Assembly: GCA_010909165.1 (NCBI GenBank)
Contig: MU008181.1
Location: forward strand, 744,001 to 808,000
Origin: Anthoceros angustus
Taxonomy: Eukaryota; Plantae; Anthocerotophyta
DNA length: 64,000 bases
Reading direction: 5' to 3'
Below, in pieces: positions 1 through 15,456 of this stretch; within the stretch, counting starts at the first letter, position 1; each line of letters starts with the position of its first letter. Made by a program: the position numbers and the translations under genes. Below the pieces are notes generated by a model. That model made no database searches, was not told the DNA's origin, and was given only the letters and a program-made list of their open reading frames with translations.

Positions 1-53
1 CTCGATTGGGATCAGATTGTGGTGCATCGGCCACAAATTCTGCAGCAGCTTTG

Positions 54-134
54 CACGCGCCACGATTCAGCAGGTCCTAGCACGCGCCACGATTCAGCAG
101 GTCCTAGCACGCGCCATGATTCAGCAGGTCCTAG
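54..134. repeat. 27-bp tandem repeat, 3 copies
   Basis: CACGCGCCA(C/T)GATTCAGCAGGTCCTAG at 54, 81 and 108. Confidence 0.95.
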
Positions 135-1124
135 TGGCCATCAGATACTGTTCCTCCAAACCCTAAACATTTTGTAGGTAGATATGTATCTGGATACGTA
201 TAGCCTAAAGTTTTCAAACTACCTAGCTACATATACTCATACTTCCGTCTTAGCTGCTACCAATATTGTGTTATCCAAAACCTAATTTAAGGAAGCCGAA
301 ATGCTTATGTTTGAGCATGGATTGAATTGATGTGTTACGTTGGATACGATAGTCTGCCTTTGCCTGGATTGTCATCAAGGAATGTCTTACTCAAGGAATT
401 TCTCTGCAACGCAAACTTTGCCATCGTGTGTCCTTAGGCTGACAACTTCAGAAGGCAGGGTAGGCAATTTCGGAGATTTTTCTGCTCAAATATTCATTGT
501 ATTTTTTCGGAGGGCAGGTTAATTTTTTGCATTGTTCTGCTAACACATCATTACGAACGTGTCATCTCCTTCAAAATGATGTAGGCCACTTACGGTTCTG
601 ATGTGTGTGTATTCTTGCACTAAAATCCATGTAATTTTCCCCAGCCTCGTTTCTTGGTTTTCGAGTGGAATCTTTTGTTGGATGCTACAGTCCACGCTTC
701 CTTGAGCAAACATATCCATGGACTCCCTACACTACCCCCAAGGCGTGTGTAAAAAAATCAAGTAAAAAAGTTACTTTTAATTGCCAAAGAATTTTCAAGG
801 AGACAAAAAACCTTGCAAGGGCCCTAACTATGGTTACATGAAAAAAATTGGAGAGAATCAAGGACTTGTTCAAAGGATTTTGTGCATTGATAAAACGTAA
901 TATGAAAAATTCTGAAGAGAATCAAGGACTTATTCAAAGGATCTTGTACATTGATAAAACGTAATAGGAAGTAGATAATATTTATATGAAGTAGGTGGTT
1001 ATAGGTTGTTGTAATCAAATAACCAATTAAATAACTAATGAAACTAATTCTAGTCCTAAGAATTAAATAACATTAATTTTATAAAATCTGTCATAATATA
1101 TCAATAAGTGCATAGATGCATTGT

Positions 1125-1275
1125 GGCACCACAATATGACATTGTGGGTGCAGTTGGTCATTTTAGGTAGGGAGCTCAGTTGCTCCTCTTCACTCCGACC
1201 CCCGGGTCCCCATTTGTTGTCCCCTCCTAGATGGTCTCTTTCCATCGTTCTTTCACCTCAATAAATCATCCGTCT
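1125..1275 (+). mobile_element. 5'-truncated 3' end of a CRE-like non-LTR retrotransposon with a 12-bp target-site duplication
   Basis: 1135-1265 aligns by eye with the reverse complement of about 61060-61190 (ATATGACATTGTGGGTGCA...CCCCCGGGTCCC...CACCTCAAT). It is flanked by TAGATGCATTGT at 1113-1124 and 1276-1287. Confidence 0.8.
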
Positions 1276-2639
1276 TAGATGCATTGTTAGAAAAGAAATC
1301 AAATAGCCAATTAAATAACTAATGAAACTACTTTTAGCCCTAAGAATTAAATAATATTAATCATAAGGATTAAAAGGTGCCATAATTAATAGTCCCCTAA
1401 TATATCAAATATTTCATCACTCTCACTCACTATGAAGTAGGGGTGAAAATTAGCAACCTAAATAGCTAAACAACATAGCTTAACTCCCACTGAATGAAAA
1501 CTAGGTGCCTAAAAATTTAATTCAAGTTCAAGTCCATAAATGAGCAGATTAAGTAAATAAGGAAAAACATGTCTAAATAGCATAATAAGAAAATATTGAA
1601 ATATGAAAAATGCATGAAGCCTAAATACATATATTCGAAAATATCAGCCACATGAATAAAGGGATAATGGTGTATCCCCTGCCATCCAAAAACGGGTGTG
1701 CAAGAACACATCGCTATCCACCTCTCCGATGCTCGCAGGCCGAGCCACCGAAATATATGCTCAAGGTTGGTAAGTTCAAAATATGAGTTAAAAAAAATGT
1801 ATGGAGTGATATGTATGATCAAAGACTCGTTTTGACTAGATTCGGTATTCTGAGGCCATAGCAACCTATTAAGGCCATAACAGCCTAGAGTAGGTTGTGG
1901 AAGCCTGTAGTGTGACCTTGGAAGAGAGCTCTTTAAGGTGACAAATTGCGAGGAAGACACTACTAGAAACATAGGGGGTTTGTTACGCTATTTTGTTGCA
2001 GAGTTTGTTATGGTCCACGAAATTGTTACAACCTTTGGTATGAGAGAGGTGCATGGCATATTAGGCTATGTTTGTTACGTTGCAATATTACACTTGTCTC
2101 TTCAATATTGGGTGCCTCATGTCCCTATTTCCCGAATTTCCCACCCTTTTCGCTTGCCTCATTTGAAAATTAGTTTTCCCATGGGGTATCCCGGAACCCA
2201 ATGTAATCTCCTCAGATCCATTGGTGTCTCTAAATCTGACTTTTTTAAATGTATAGGCTGACTTTGCGTGTTCAACTGCTGCATTCTCCATAAGGTACAT
2301 TTCCCAATGCTCGAAGACATTAAAAATTTTCAAAACGGTCGTACCCCATGCTATTGCTAGTTGAAAGGATCATCAGAGCCATTTTCCAATACGAAAACCC
2401 GAAAACGTCTGACCGGCATTTCCGGGTTTGCAAATTTATCTTAGGTATGGTATACATGTGACATGTCGTAGGCTGGGATGTGGCCATGCAACTTGTCTTG
2501 GGTATGCGGTAAGGTTCCATACTCCGGGTATGCATGCCAAATGAAAAACCATACGTGCCATTTGAAGGATCGTGGGGCAGCCATGCTGGTGGAAAGAGGA
2601 GAGGAGAGGAGGAGGCAAGAGTAGCTCTCTCTCTTTGAG

Positions 2640-2803
2640 ATGAGGCTTGGAGGGTATTTATACCTCATAGACTCCTAAGCTCACAAGAAGCTCTAGGAAG
2701 GGCACAAGAAGCTTCCTAGTGATTAAGCTAACTAATGATATAGCGACACCTAACTTAGACTAAGTGTATTAGTCTAAGTACATTGAGCTTTAATACCCTT
2801 ACA
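2640..2803 (-). mobile_element. Start of the 3' LTR of a Ty1/copia element (left boundary not determined)
   Basis: On the minus strand a polypurine tract (AGTGGGAGGT, 2813-2804) is followed by TGTAAGGGTATTAAAG at 2803. A TATA-like GGTATAAATACC lies near 2651-2662. Confidence 0.7.
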
Positions 2804-4035
2804 ACCTCCCACTTAAAGGCCAATTTACCTTCGTGAAGAATGGACTATCTCATGCCCATCGATTAATAGAGCTTGTGCAAATTGCTCGTAGAGTCCCTTG
2901 GTAAGAATATCTGCGGGGTTACTGGTGTGAACCTTGACAAGTTGTACCCTCTTGTCGTCCAACACCTCTCGAATGAAGTGATACTTCACATCCACATGTT
3001 TAGTCTTCGCATGAAACACTTGGATTCTTTGCCAATTGGATAGCACTGGCTATCACAATGCAACAACAGCGACTCAACCTTGATCCCCAAGTCTCCCACT
3101 AAACGAGCAAGCCATATGGCTTCCTTGCAAGCCTCGATTCTTTGCAACATACTCGGCCTCTGTGGTAGATAGCGTAATGCGCAAGCGAGATCGCCATGAG
3201 GCGCCCCTCGGTGCGTGAAGACATAACGATGTGGACCTCCTTTTATCCATGCATAATCGACATGTGTACCCAACCACACATGCATCTTCACTACCAAAAC
3301 ATATGCACAAAGCTTTTGTACCATTGATACCTCATAACTCCTTTTATCGCCTCCCAATGCTTCTTGCCGTGGTTTGACATAAACTCGCTAACCACTCCCA
3401 CCGCAAAGGCAATGTCGGGGCGTGTAGCAATCATTGCATACATCAAACTCCCTACTGATGAGTATGGGACCTTCTCCATTTCAGCCTTTGTCCTCCTCGT
3501 AGCTTGGGCAATCCGCTTGAAAGTTTCACATATGGAGGCAATGGAGTACCCAATGGCTTCCCTTCTCCATGTTGAAACGTTGAAGCACTCATAATGTATT
3601 CCGTCGAGACAAATAAAGCGACGCTTATGTCCGCTCCGACGACGCATGCCAAGTATATGGCTCGCCTCCCAAGTCTGCTATTTCAAAGTGAGCATTCAAC
3701 TTTGACTTCAACGAAATCTCAGATCGCTCCAAAGAATTAGCATATCATCCACATAGAGGATCAAAATGAGCAAGCTTTGATCCTTAGCTTGCTTCAGATA
3801 GAGGCAATGATCCTCATCGCCACGCTTGTAGCCTTGAGAAAGCATAAATGAGTGGAACTTGTGATACCACTCTGGGTGCTGTTTCAAACCATAAGGCTCT
3901 TCCTCAACTCGCACACCGATGCTCTTTGCCCTTCTCAACAAAACCTTGGTTCTTTGCATGTAGGCGTCCTCTTGAAGGTCACCATGCAAGAATGCCGTCT
4001 TGACATCCATCTGTTAAGTTCCATATCATTTAAAG
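2804..4035 (-). mobile_element. Ty1/copia reverse transcriptase-RNase H remnant (frameshifted)
   Basis: Minus-strand fragments QMDVKTAFLHG, YGLKQ, LILILYVDDML, MYAMIATRPDIAFAVG, STTEAEYVA and KTKHVDVKYHFIRE...NPADILTK are copia RT/RH motifs spread across several frames. Confidence 0.93.
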
Positions 4036-4040
4036 GGTGA

Positions 4041-4231
4041 GCCCAATATACTTAGACTAATACACTTGGTCTAGTTAGTGTCGATTAAGTATCGTGGCTG
4101 CTTAAGCTATCACTGGAAGCCTCTTGTGCTCCTTCCTAGGAGCTTCTTGTGGGCTTCCTGGTGATTGGGTTAAGCTAACGATACTTAATCGACACCCAAC
4201 AACTAAGTGTATTAGTCTAAGTATATTGGGC
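4041..4231. repeat. Fold-back (inverted repeat) built from two copia LTR 5' ends
   Basis: 4041-4067 is the exact reverse complement of 4205-4231, and 4078-4095 of 4178-4195. Both arms resemble the LTR start at 2803-2700. Confidence 0.88.
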
Positions 4232-5290
4232 TTTAATACCTACACCATTTACACCGAATGTACATTGCTGGTCTACATAGCTGAATGAAACCCTCGTTGA
4301 ATGAAACGCAAGTTCTGCTGTTGTGCACTTTAAGGAACGAGATAAATGCACATGGTCGGCAAATTTAGACCTCACAATAGTAGAATGTGATTTTCCTTCA
4401 CTCCCTCTTGTCGCCCTCTGCCGAAGAACAACACTAGCTAGTGTCTCACGAGTCTTAAAAGTTATACCATCATGACTCTTAAAAGTTACCATCGGATTCA
4501 CTGAGAGGTACTTGATCATCCCTTAACTTGTACACGAGGAAGTGATCAACCTTTCAGCGATGGGAAGAAGCCGCCTTCAACCCAAATTTCTAGCCCCTCC
4601 CGTTGCTGGCGTGCCACGAACATGGGATCTGCCTTCGTGAAAAGACCGCTCTATGTGCACCGTATGGAAGGGGCTTATGACCAACCAAGGTCTTGCGCTC
4701 CCTGCTCACGCTTCATGTTCGAAAAATGGGCAAGGCTACAATGGCGGTCTAAGGAGTCGAAATCACGCTCCTCTTTGTTTGGAACTTTGGCAGCTCGCAG
4801 CAGCACTATGTCCCCTCGCCCTTAGGACCCCAAGCCGAACTTAATGGAGTCGCGACGCGAAGGATGGAAGAACCTCGAACACCCCTCTTCCCGAAGACCA
4901 CATAACTTGTTGCCTCCGCGGCCATGGCATTGGGCCGAGGTTGTCTGGCGGGGAATGTGGGAGGCGGGTGGCTGCTAGCTGAATCTGGGGTGAGTTCACG
5001 CATCCCTTTTTATCTTGGGTGGGCAAATCGGAGGAGGATGGGTGCGGATACTTTCGAGGCTGAAAAGGAAAGCCTCTTGATATTAATTTGACAAAAGTGA
5101 ATACATATATATGGGGCCCTTCGGAAGTTAATTGGTGACGAATCCCCCATATTAGAGTTGGTTCGAGAGCCAATCATAGGTTTTGCATGGGCCGGATTTA
5201 GTGTACAATGCTGAAATTCGCACTGATCTATGGAGTAGCAATATTGCGAACATGGGTACCAATTGCTATTGCGAACTAGATTCTGATGCT

Positions 5291-5915
5291 CATTTGTTCA
5301 CAAGAGACAATGTATCAATTTTTAGCACCAACACTTGTTGTGGAGAAGATGGACAATACTACATCATTGTACAGGTGGATGACAATGTGATTATGGTTAT
5401 TGGTAGTGGTTTTCCCTGTGGTCTCTCAATACCAGTAGCAATACCTTTTCAACGGTTCCTTCTAATTCAACTATCTTAAACTAAATGGTTCTCATGTCTA
5501 AGTGACAATAAGTTTGCACTTAAATAGAGTTTTGTTGCCTCTATCAATTGTAATTATTTTATAGAAATAAAAATCGTATCTTTGGGCAGCATGTAGAGAA
5601 CATTTGTTCACAAGAGACAATGTATCAATTTTAGCACCAACACTTGTTGTGGAGAAGATGGACAATACTACATCATCATGGGTGGATATGTGATTATGGT
5701 TATTGGTAGTGGTTTTCCCTGTGGTCTCTCAATACCAGTAGCAATACCTTTTCAACGGTTCCTTCTAATTCAACTATCTTAAACTAAATGGTTCTCATGT
5801 CTAAGTGACAATAAGTTTGCACTTAAATAGAGTTTTGTTGCCTCTATCAATTGTAATTATTTTATGAGAAATAAAAAATCGTATCTTTGGGCAGCATGTA
5901 GAAGAACATTTGTTC
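5291..5915. repeat. About 310-bp tandem duplication, possibly decayed copia RT (YIIVQVDD)
   Basis: CATTTGTTCACAAGAGACAATGTATC starts at 5291 and again at 5601. The copies are near-identical apart from small indels. Confidence 0.9.
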
Positions 5916-8907
5916 CACGTTTGAAACATACAAAAGAATATAATCCTAAACAAAATCTTTCCTAATCTCTTCATAATTATGCATAAACATATTTTAGTAA
6001 ACAAGCTATTTTCCGAAGGCATGATCTTAGTGCGAGAGAGAATAAATGACCATGGCCAAAATTATAAATTTCTCTCACAAAAGATGATATAGGTAATTGT
6101 ATTTGACATATCTAAGTTGAACCACATAGATAAAAGAATAAAACATACTGAAGATCTAAAGTGAGGAACTGTATTCGATTTGCCTAGGTCTATCAATCGG
6201 AATATTAATTCTGCTCTTTTGTGTACACATGAGTATGATACTACATCAAAGGATTCACAAGAAATTTTGAAGTTATATAATAAATACTAAAACATATAAC
6301 GTTGATTGTTTATGAGTAAAGATGTGATGCTTGTGACTTGTAGATATATTCTCTTGAGGCAATATTGTCTTGCTTATGAGACTATGTTTCAAACTTATTA
6401 AGATCATTTGGGACTCAGCTGAAGAGAACTCGAACTTGGTCCCAAGATCCCTACAGAAATAGAGAATGTTTCCTACCTAATGTTATTGCATCATGTGTTT
6501 CACATCCCAATTAATATTTTGAAGGGTCACCTCAAGTGCGCTCGGCCGTTGTCGTCTCAAGCGCACCCCGCCGCCGTCGCCTCAAGTGCGTCCTCTCAGC
6601 ACCGCCTCAAGCGCACGTCGAAACCTACTTACCTTAATAGTTTTCCCGTCTCACCCCCTTTCCGGTAGGAGCGGGGATTAAAAAAAAAAGTCTACCTAAA
6701 CTAGCCTATTTTCGCGAAACAACTACGTTTCGTTCAAAGTGGTTACTACCACTATTTTGTTTTGTGAAATTGGGATACCCAATCATACATTCACACTTGT
6801 GTTGGATCGGGATGCGATATTTAGGGTCCTCCTATATGGGACAATTCATCTTTTCAAGAGTTTTTAAGGGATCAATCATCTTATTTGAGAGGCAGCTTAT
6901 TTTGCCATAGTTGCCTTTCCTGAAGTAGGGAAGACTACAATGGGACAAAAGGGGAATCTTGTACTTCAAAAGTGGTTGGAACTCTCCGTTGAAGATAGAG
7001 ATGCAATTTCAGAGGAATATATGGAAGATGAATGGGTAGACAAATTTGTACTTATGATTGAGAATATCAAAGTGTATAACATGTGCTTGTATCATGATTT
7101 ATAGGTCAGACTTGATGGTCGATGGTTTGAGTCATGAAAATGGAATGAAAGCAGATCAAAATTTTATACTTAGGTTCCTTCATGCATAATTTTTTAAGCT
7201 AGGGGAACAAACATACTCAAAATTTCTGGATTATTTGAGCTACAAGCAGCCATCGCTTTTGACAAGTTTCACCTTTGAGAATGTCATCTCATTCATTCGG
7301 ATTTGTTTAGGACTAGGTATAGATACAAGGATTTTTGTAGGCTGGATGATTCATGAAGCAAATTCAGCCTACAAAGTAGTCAAAATAGCCTTTCCAAATT
7401 CTCTTCAGGATCACAGGACAAACAAGCCAACATGGTTATAAGAAGTATTGTCACAGTATGTTAGCATATTGGAATCTACTTATAGGAAAAAGAGTGGTAC
7501 TTTTTTTGTCCTTGCGCTTCGAACCATTCGATTTGCTGGAGGAGATCTTAAGTTCACCAAGTCCTATGAATCCGAGGCTATATCTGTGTTATTTAGGCCT
7601 TTAACGTTTTAGGAGACTGAACGTGTGGTTTCTGGCTTTGCTAAGCAATTGGAAAAGACACTAAAAGGTAAGGTGAATGACAATTTTGCTCTCGATAACT
7701 TTAAACTTCATGAGTTATGAACTTTTTACGATTTGCAAGGGGAGTTTCATGTTTGATAGCCCGTTGTGTAACATGCTACACAAATAATACATCCAAGAAA
7801 CTTGCAAACTTATTTGAAGTGTTAAAAAAAGCTAATACATATCATCATGTTTTGGAAGCTTGTTGCCAAGATTTTTGTCTATGTGTATTCAAAAAGATTA
7901 TTCTAAAGATTTCATATTACATCGAGATAAACTAGCCCTAGCTTTGGTCTTAATAGACATTTCAATCTCCATTTTGCAAATTATAGTAAGAAGAGGTGAC
8001 ATGATTGACATTGTGTCACAAATATCCGGGCTGATCTCGAAGCCAAAGGCATGATAATACTCATTTTGCATCGACCAGATACTAGCATGTCTATTGTTTT
8101 GGATGACGGCATGGATGTAGCAGAGATGAACCATCCCATAAGAAACAGTTCCTCGTCATGGCGGTTTTGGGTACGAGTACGAGACTACAAGTGACTTTCC
8201 CATGGCCACTATTATTGTCGCTACATATATATATTTAGCAGCAGATTTTAAACATGTGGCCTTTTTTCCTAGTTTGTATAAGTCTTCGTGGAGGAATATT
8301 GAGCATGCACATTTGCAATTGCTTATGCTCAGGATGTGGCTATTAAAACACTTTTTATACAAGGATAGTTTGAATGATTTGGTTGTAGGACATGGGCACT
8401 GTTGAAGTGGTACATCATCTAAAAGGCGCTTTGGATTTCATTGAGTTGTGCAACAAACAAGGAGTAGGGCGGTCTTTCATAGGGCCAAATAACTTTGGGG
8501 TAGACTCTTGGATTCAGTGCAGTGATGGAGAAGGAAGAAAAATGTTCTTTACATTACAGTCCCTGAGCTGAACTGCAAAAGGTCTAGTATATGCTGGCTT
8601 CCAAAATATCCTTAAGTCTTTCAAGAAGGGTTATGAGAGATTATTTACTCTACCAATTATCATTCAAGTCTAGAAAATAGTCATGAAAGTGCTCTTCAGA
8701 ACGAGGATGTCGCTAGGAATATATAGATGTCATGGCCTCTCAATTCATCTATATCTCTTGCCATGAGGAGATGTTTTCATATAAGAGTAGAGAGATACTC
8801 AGGTTATTGGCACAATGCAAACATCCTTGGGCAAAGTGTACTATAGTATGAGGTTTTAAGCCCAATATCATAAGATGTGACCCTTGGCAACAGTTGTCCT
8901 ACATTAG

Positions 8908-9041
8908 ACGGCACAATCGGACCCTAGTGAAACGGGTTTCGTTGCCTACAGTAACGGCACAATCGGACCCTAGTGAAACGGGGTTCGTTGCCTACAATAA
9001 CGGCACAATCGGACCCTAATGAAATGGGGTTCGTTGCCTTT
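8908..9041. repeat. 46-bp tandem repeat, about 3 copies
   Basis: ACGGCACAATCGGACCCTAGTGAAACGGG(T/G)TTCGTTGCCTACA(G/A)TA at 8908, 8954 and 9000. Confidence 0.93.
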
Positions 9042-9094
9042 TGCCTTCCCGCATACATATTTTACTTTATCAAAATCACAAACTTTGCAGGCTT

Positions 9095-9208
9095 GGCACA
9101 TCTAGTTAGGTTTCGAGGTACTTAGTGAGGCTTTACGCATCTAGTTAGGTTGGCACATCTAGTTAGGTTTCGAGGTACTTAGTGAGGCTTTACGCATCTA
9201 GTTAGGTT
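9095..9208. repeat. 57-bp tandem repeat, 2 copies, each with an internal CATCTAGTTAGGTT repeat
   Basis: GGCACATCTAGTTAGGTTTCGAGGTACTTAGTGAGGCTTTACGCATCTAGTTAGGTT at 9095 and 9152. Confidence 0.93.
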
Positions 9209-9526
9209 TACAGGTATTTACTGAAACTGCTTTATATTCAACATATTCCCATGCTTCAAGAACCCATTCAATGATTTTGTTTCTAGTTATCTATGATTTA
9301 TACGATATTATAAGTAGATCACATAAGCGCCTGGTTGTAAAAAGCCAATTTATATATAAAAAGTCCTATGGAGCTACTCTGAATTAAATCCACGGTATAT
9401 CCAAGACCTAATTTAGGGAAGTCTAAGCTTATGTCTTATGTTTGAGCATGGATGGCATTGATGCGTTATGTTGGAGAAGACAGTCTGCCTTCGCCTGGAC
9501 TGTCATCAAGGATTGTGTTCTGCCAG

Positions 9527-11063
9527 ATGAAGGACATGAGAGCTGTTTCCTTCACGGCTGGTGGCTTCTTCGCACTGTCCGGGCCCTCGATCAGGCTGTG
9601 CACCGAGAGGGTTAGTACTCGGGTGCATTGCATCAGGTGGAGTATGACTGCCTCAGCTGGGATCTCGGCTGGCCAGCAGGTGGAGCAGCAGAATGGCACG
9701 TTGAGGGATGGTGGCTCCTGCGCTGCCGTATTAGTTGCATCGGCAGATGAGAAGGTGAGGTTGGAGAGGAGAGGCCAGGTGGGCGCCGTCTTCTTCGACA
9801 TGGACGATACTCTGGTTCTGACGCACGAAGCAGATGCGGCCGCGCACAGGGCAGTGCAGGCTGTGGTGGCGGAGCGGGTGCCGGAGTTGGACACCGGGGC
9901 TCTGGTTCGTGTGTTTGTGGAGGAATTCGATAGGCAAGCATGGGATCCGGAGCATCGGGTTAGTCTGGCCTGGGGAAGTTTTTTGTGTCCGGGTCTGGTG
10001 TGTTAGCGTAGCGTTGTTGTATCATGGGTCACCGGGATCAGGTGGATGTGACAGAGTGGAGGGCTCGGATGTGGGGTAAGGCTTTGGCTGCTCAGGGATA
10101 CCACAGCATGGAGTTTGCAAGGGTAAGCAAAATGAGGACGTGTTGCCACCAGTCGCTTGGCTGCAGATGCAGTGATGGGGGCCTCACTCAGATTTGTTTT
10201 TTGTGTTGTTTGGTTCTGTCAGGAGCTCCAAGACTGCTTCGACACTGAGCGAATGCTAGCCTTTCGATGGGCTGCTGGCGTGGAATCGGTCTGTTCAATG
10301 CCCTTGAGAAAAGTGTGAGATTAAGCAAGCATGTGGTGAAACCTTTCTTTTCCCTGGTGGTTTGCAGATGATGAAAGCACTGGTCGCTGGTGGGATCAAG
10401 GTGGGCATAATCACGAACGGGCACTTTAAGGTAGGTCATACCTTCCTTACTTAGCAGAGTGGCAGCAATGCCATGACAAGATTCATGAAGCTCATGCACG
10501 CTGACGCGAAGGTGTATAATGGCAGGTGCAAAGACGGAAGCTGGAGGCATGCAAGGCCACACAACTCTTCAGCACCATCCTTGTCGGAGGAGGTGCCTTG
10601 CCTTTCCCTCGCTGCCTTTCTAGAAACCCCTTCAGCTAATGAGCAAGCTAATGAGTCACAATCCGGTGATGCTCTCCACTGTGCAGAAGAGCCCCGTGAA
10701 AAGCCACACAGAGACATATTCCTAAAGGCCTGCGACATGGCAGGGTGCCGGCCTGAAGAATCCGTGATGGTGGGCGACAACCTGAAGACCGACATCCTGG
10801 TGAGCCCGCAGCCTTGTCAGACCAAACCAGGTTACCCATGGAAGCACTCGTGGCTCAGCCAATATAACTAACACCCAGTAGCTGGCATGAACCAGGGTGG
10901 GATCAACGCCGGGTTTCTGGCCACTGTGTGGGTGAACGTGCGAAAGCTGGCAGCGATTCCTGCAGGGGGCCCGGAGCCCAACTACGTCATCTCCACCATT
11001 GGGGAGCTGCCACAAGTCCTGGGCGAGCTGGGCCTGGATATGTATCTGCCCTCCTTTCCCTAG
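9527..11063 (+). CDS. HAD-superfamily phosphatase, NANP/HDHD4-like, with an N-terminal extension (possible transit peptide)
   Basis: Seven exons with GT-AG introns and consistent phase: 9527-9958, 10042-10122, 10223-10288, 10368-10430, 10526-10592, 10687-10799, 10896-11063. HAD motifs: VFFDMDDTL (I), IITNG (II), EKPH (III), MVGDNLKTDI (IV). The start could be 9452, 9527 or 9536. Confidence 0.85.
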
Positions 11064-11645
11064 AAAACAGGCCTATCTATCCCAGACCCTGTACTGTCCC
11101 GGACCAGCACGATATTGTGCGTACATTCATCCTGCATACAAAACAACATGATGCGTCTGGCGAGCACTGGATGGCTAGGCAGGACGATCCCACACGGTTG
11201 GCGTCGTCCATAAGCATCCAAGCCATGAATGTCGCACCTGCTCACGACTCACACCCCTGCACATGGCAGGACGGTAGGGCCGTGTGGACGGGACGGGTGG
11301 CATCCGCCCATCCCCCGATCCCACCCCGAGACCTCCTCCCTGCTGCCCGAAACGGGCAACTAATTTGAAGCCGGTCAATGAGCATCGTTCTCCATGCTCG
11401 TCCCTCCCACGGTGCCGCTGCTGCCAACCGGATATAGAAGGAAGGAGGAAAGCCTAACGGCCTGTTCCGGACACGCCGCCCGCTCGTTAGGATTTGAAGC
11501 AGCTGCCGGAATGGATCCGGATTTACCGAGGCGCACAGGATTCAAAATCCGGCTGTAAGACGGGAGGCACACGGCGAGGCAGGCGGGGAAGGAGGGAGCC
11601 GGTCCGGGAGATAAAAAGACTACTCACAGCAGCCGCGGTGTGGGC

Positions 11646-14933
<3,288 letters not shown>

Positions 14934-15278
14934 ATTTTATTAGTAGTCGGCTTCAATTTTGTTAAAAGACCTTGTAATGATTTACTGGAAGTTGTAGTGT
15001 CCTGGTCATCGCACCTGGAATCAACTCAGCCGGATCGCAAAGAAATGTGTATACAACTTATGACGAGTGGGTGTGTTGCCATTTCGGCATGCTGTCCACT
15101 ATTGAAGATGTTAATTTGTAACAATTCAATAGCTTTATTTGATGCACGGAGCTGGAGGTGGATAGTGTGGAGAAAAGAGGTGGATTCCTAGGGCCAATTC
15201 ATTGCCCAAAATTGTGTTGGTAACCAGAATTTTAAATTAGGGCTAAAGTTCTACCTAAATAGTACGAAGAAAGGAGGC

Positions 15279-15411
15279 ACGTTTTACGGGCCACAATTAG
15301 GGTTAAAGTTTTAGTTGTAGCCCGATAGGTATAAGCAGAGCAACTACGTTTTAAGGGCCACAATTAGGGTTAAAGTTTTAGTTGTAGCCCGATAGGTATA
15401 AGCAGAGCAAC
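15279..15411. repeat. 67-bp tandem duplication
   Basis: ACGTTTTA(C/A)GGGCCACAATTAGGGTTAAAGTTTTAGTTGTAGCCCGATAGGTATAAGCAGAGCAAC at 15279 and 15346. Confidence 0.93.
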
Positions 15412-15456
15412 CCTATGGTTGTTGTTATTGAAACCCTTGTTGTTGTTGCTAAAACC

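Noticed and set aside
159-167. AAACCCTAA as a telomeric remnant
   Set aside because: It is a single copy, as expected by chance or as an ordinary telo-box.
5150-5180. TGGTTCGAGAGCC as a tRNA-Met primer-binding site
   Set aside because: It has mismatches to TGGTATCAGAGC, and no paired LTR or gag follows.
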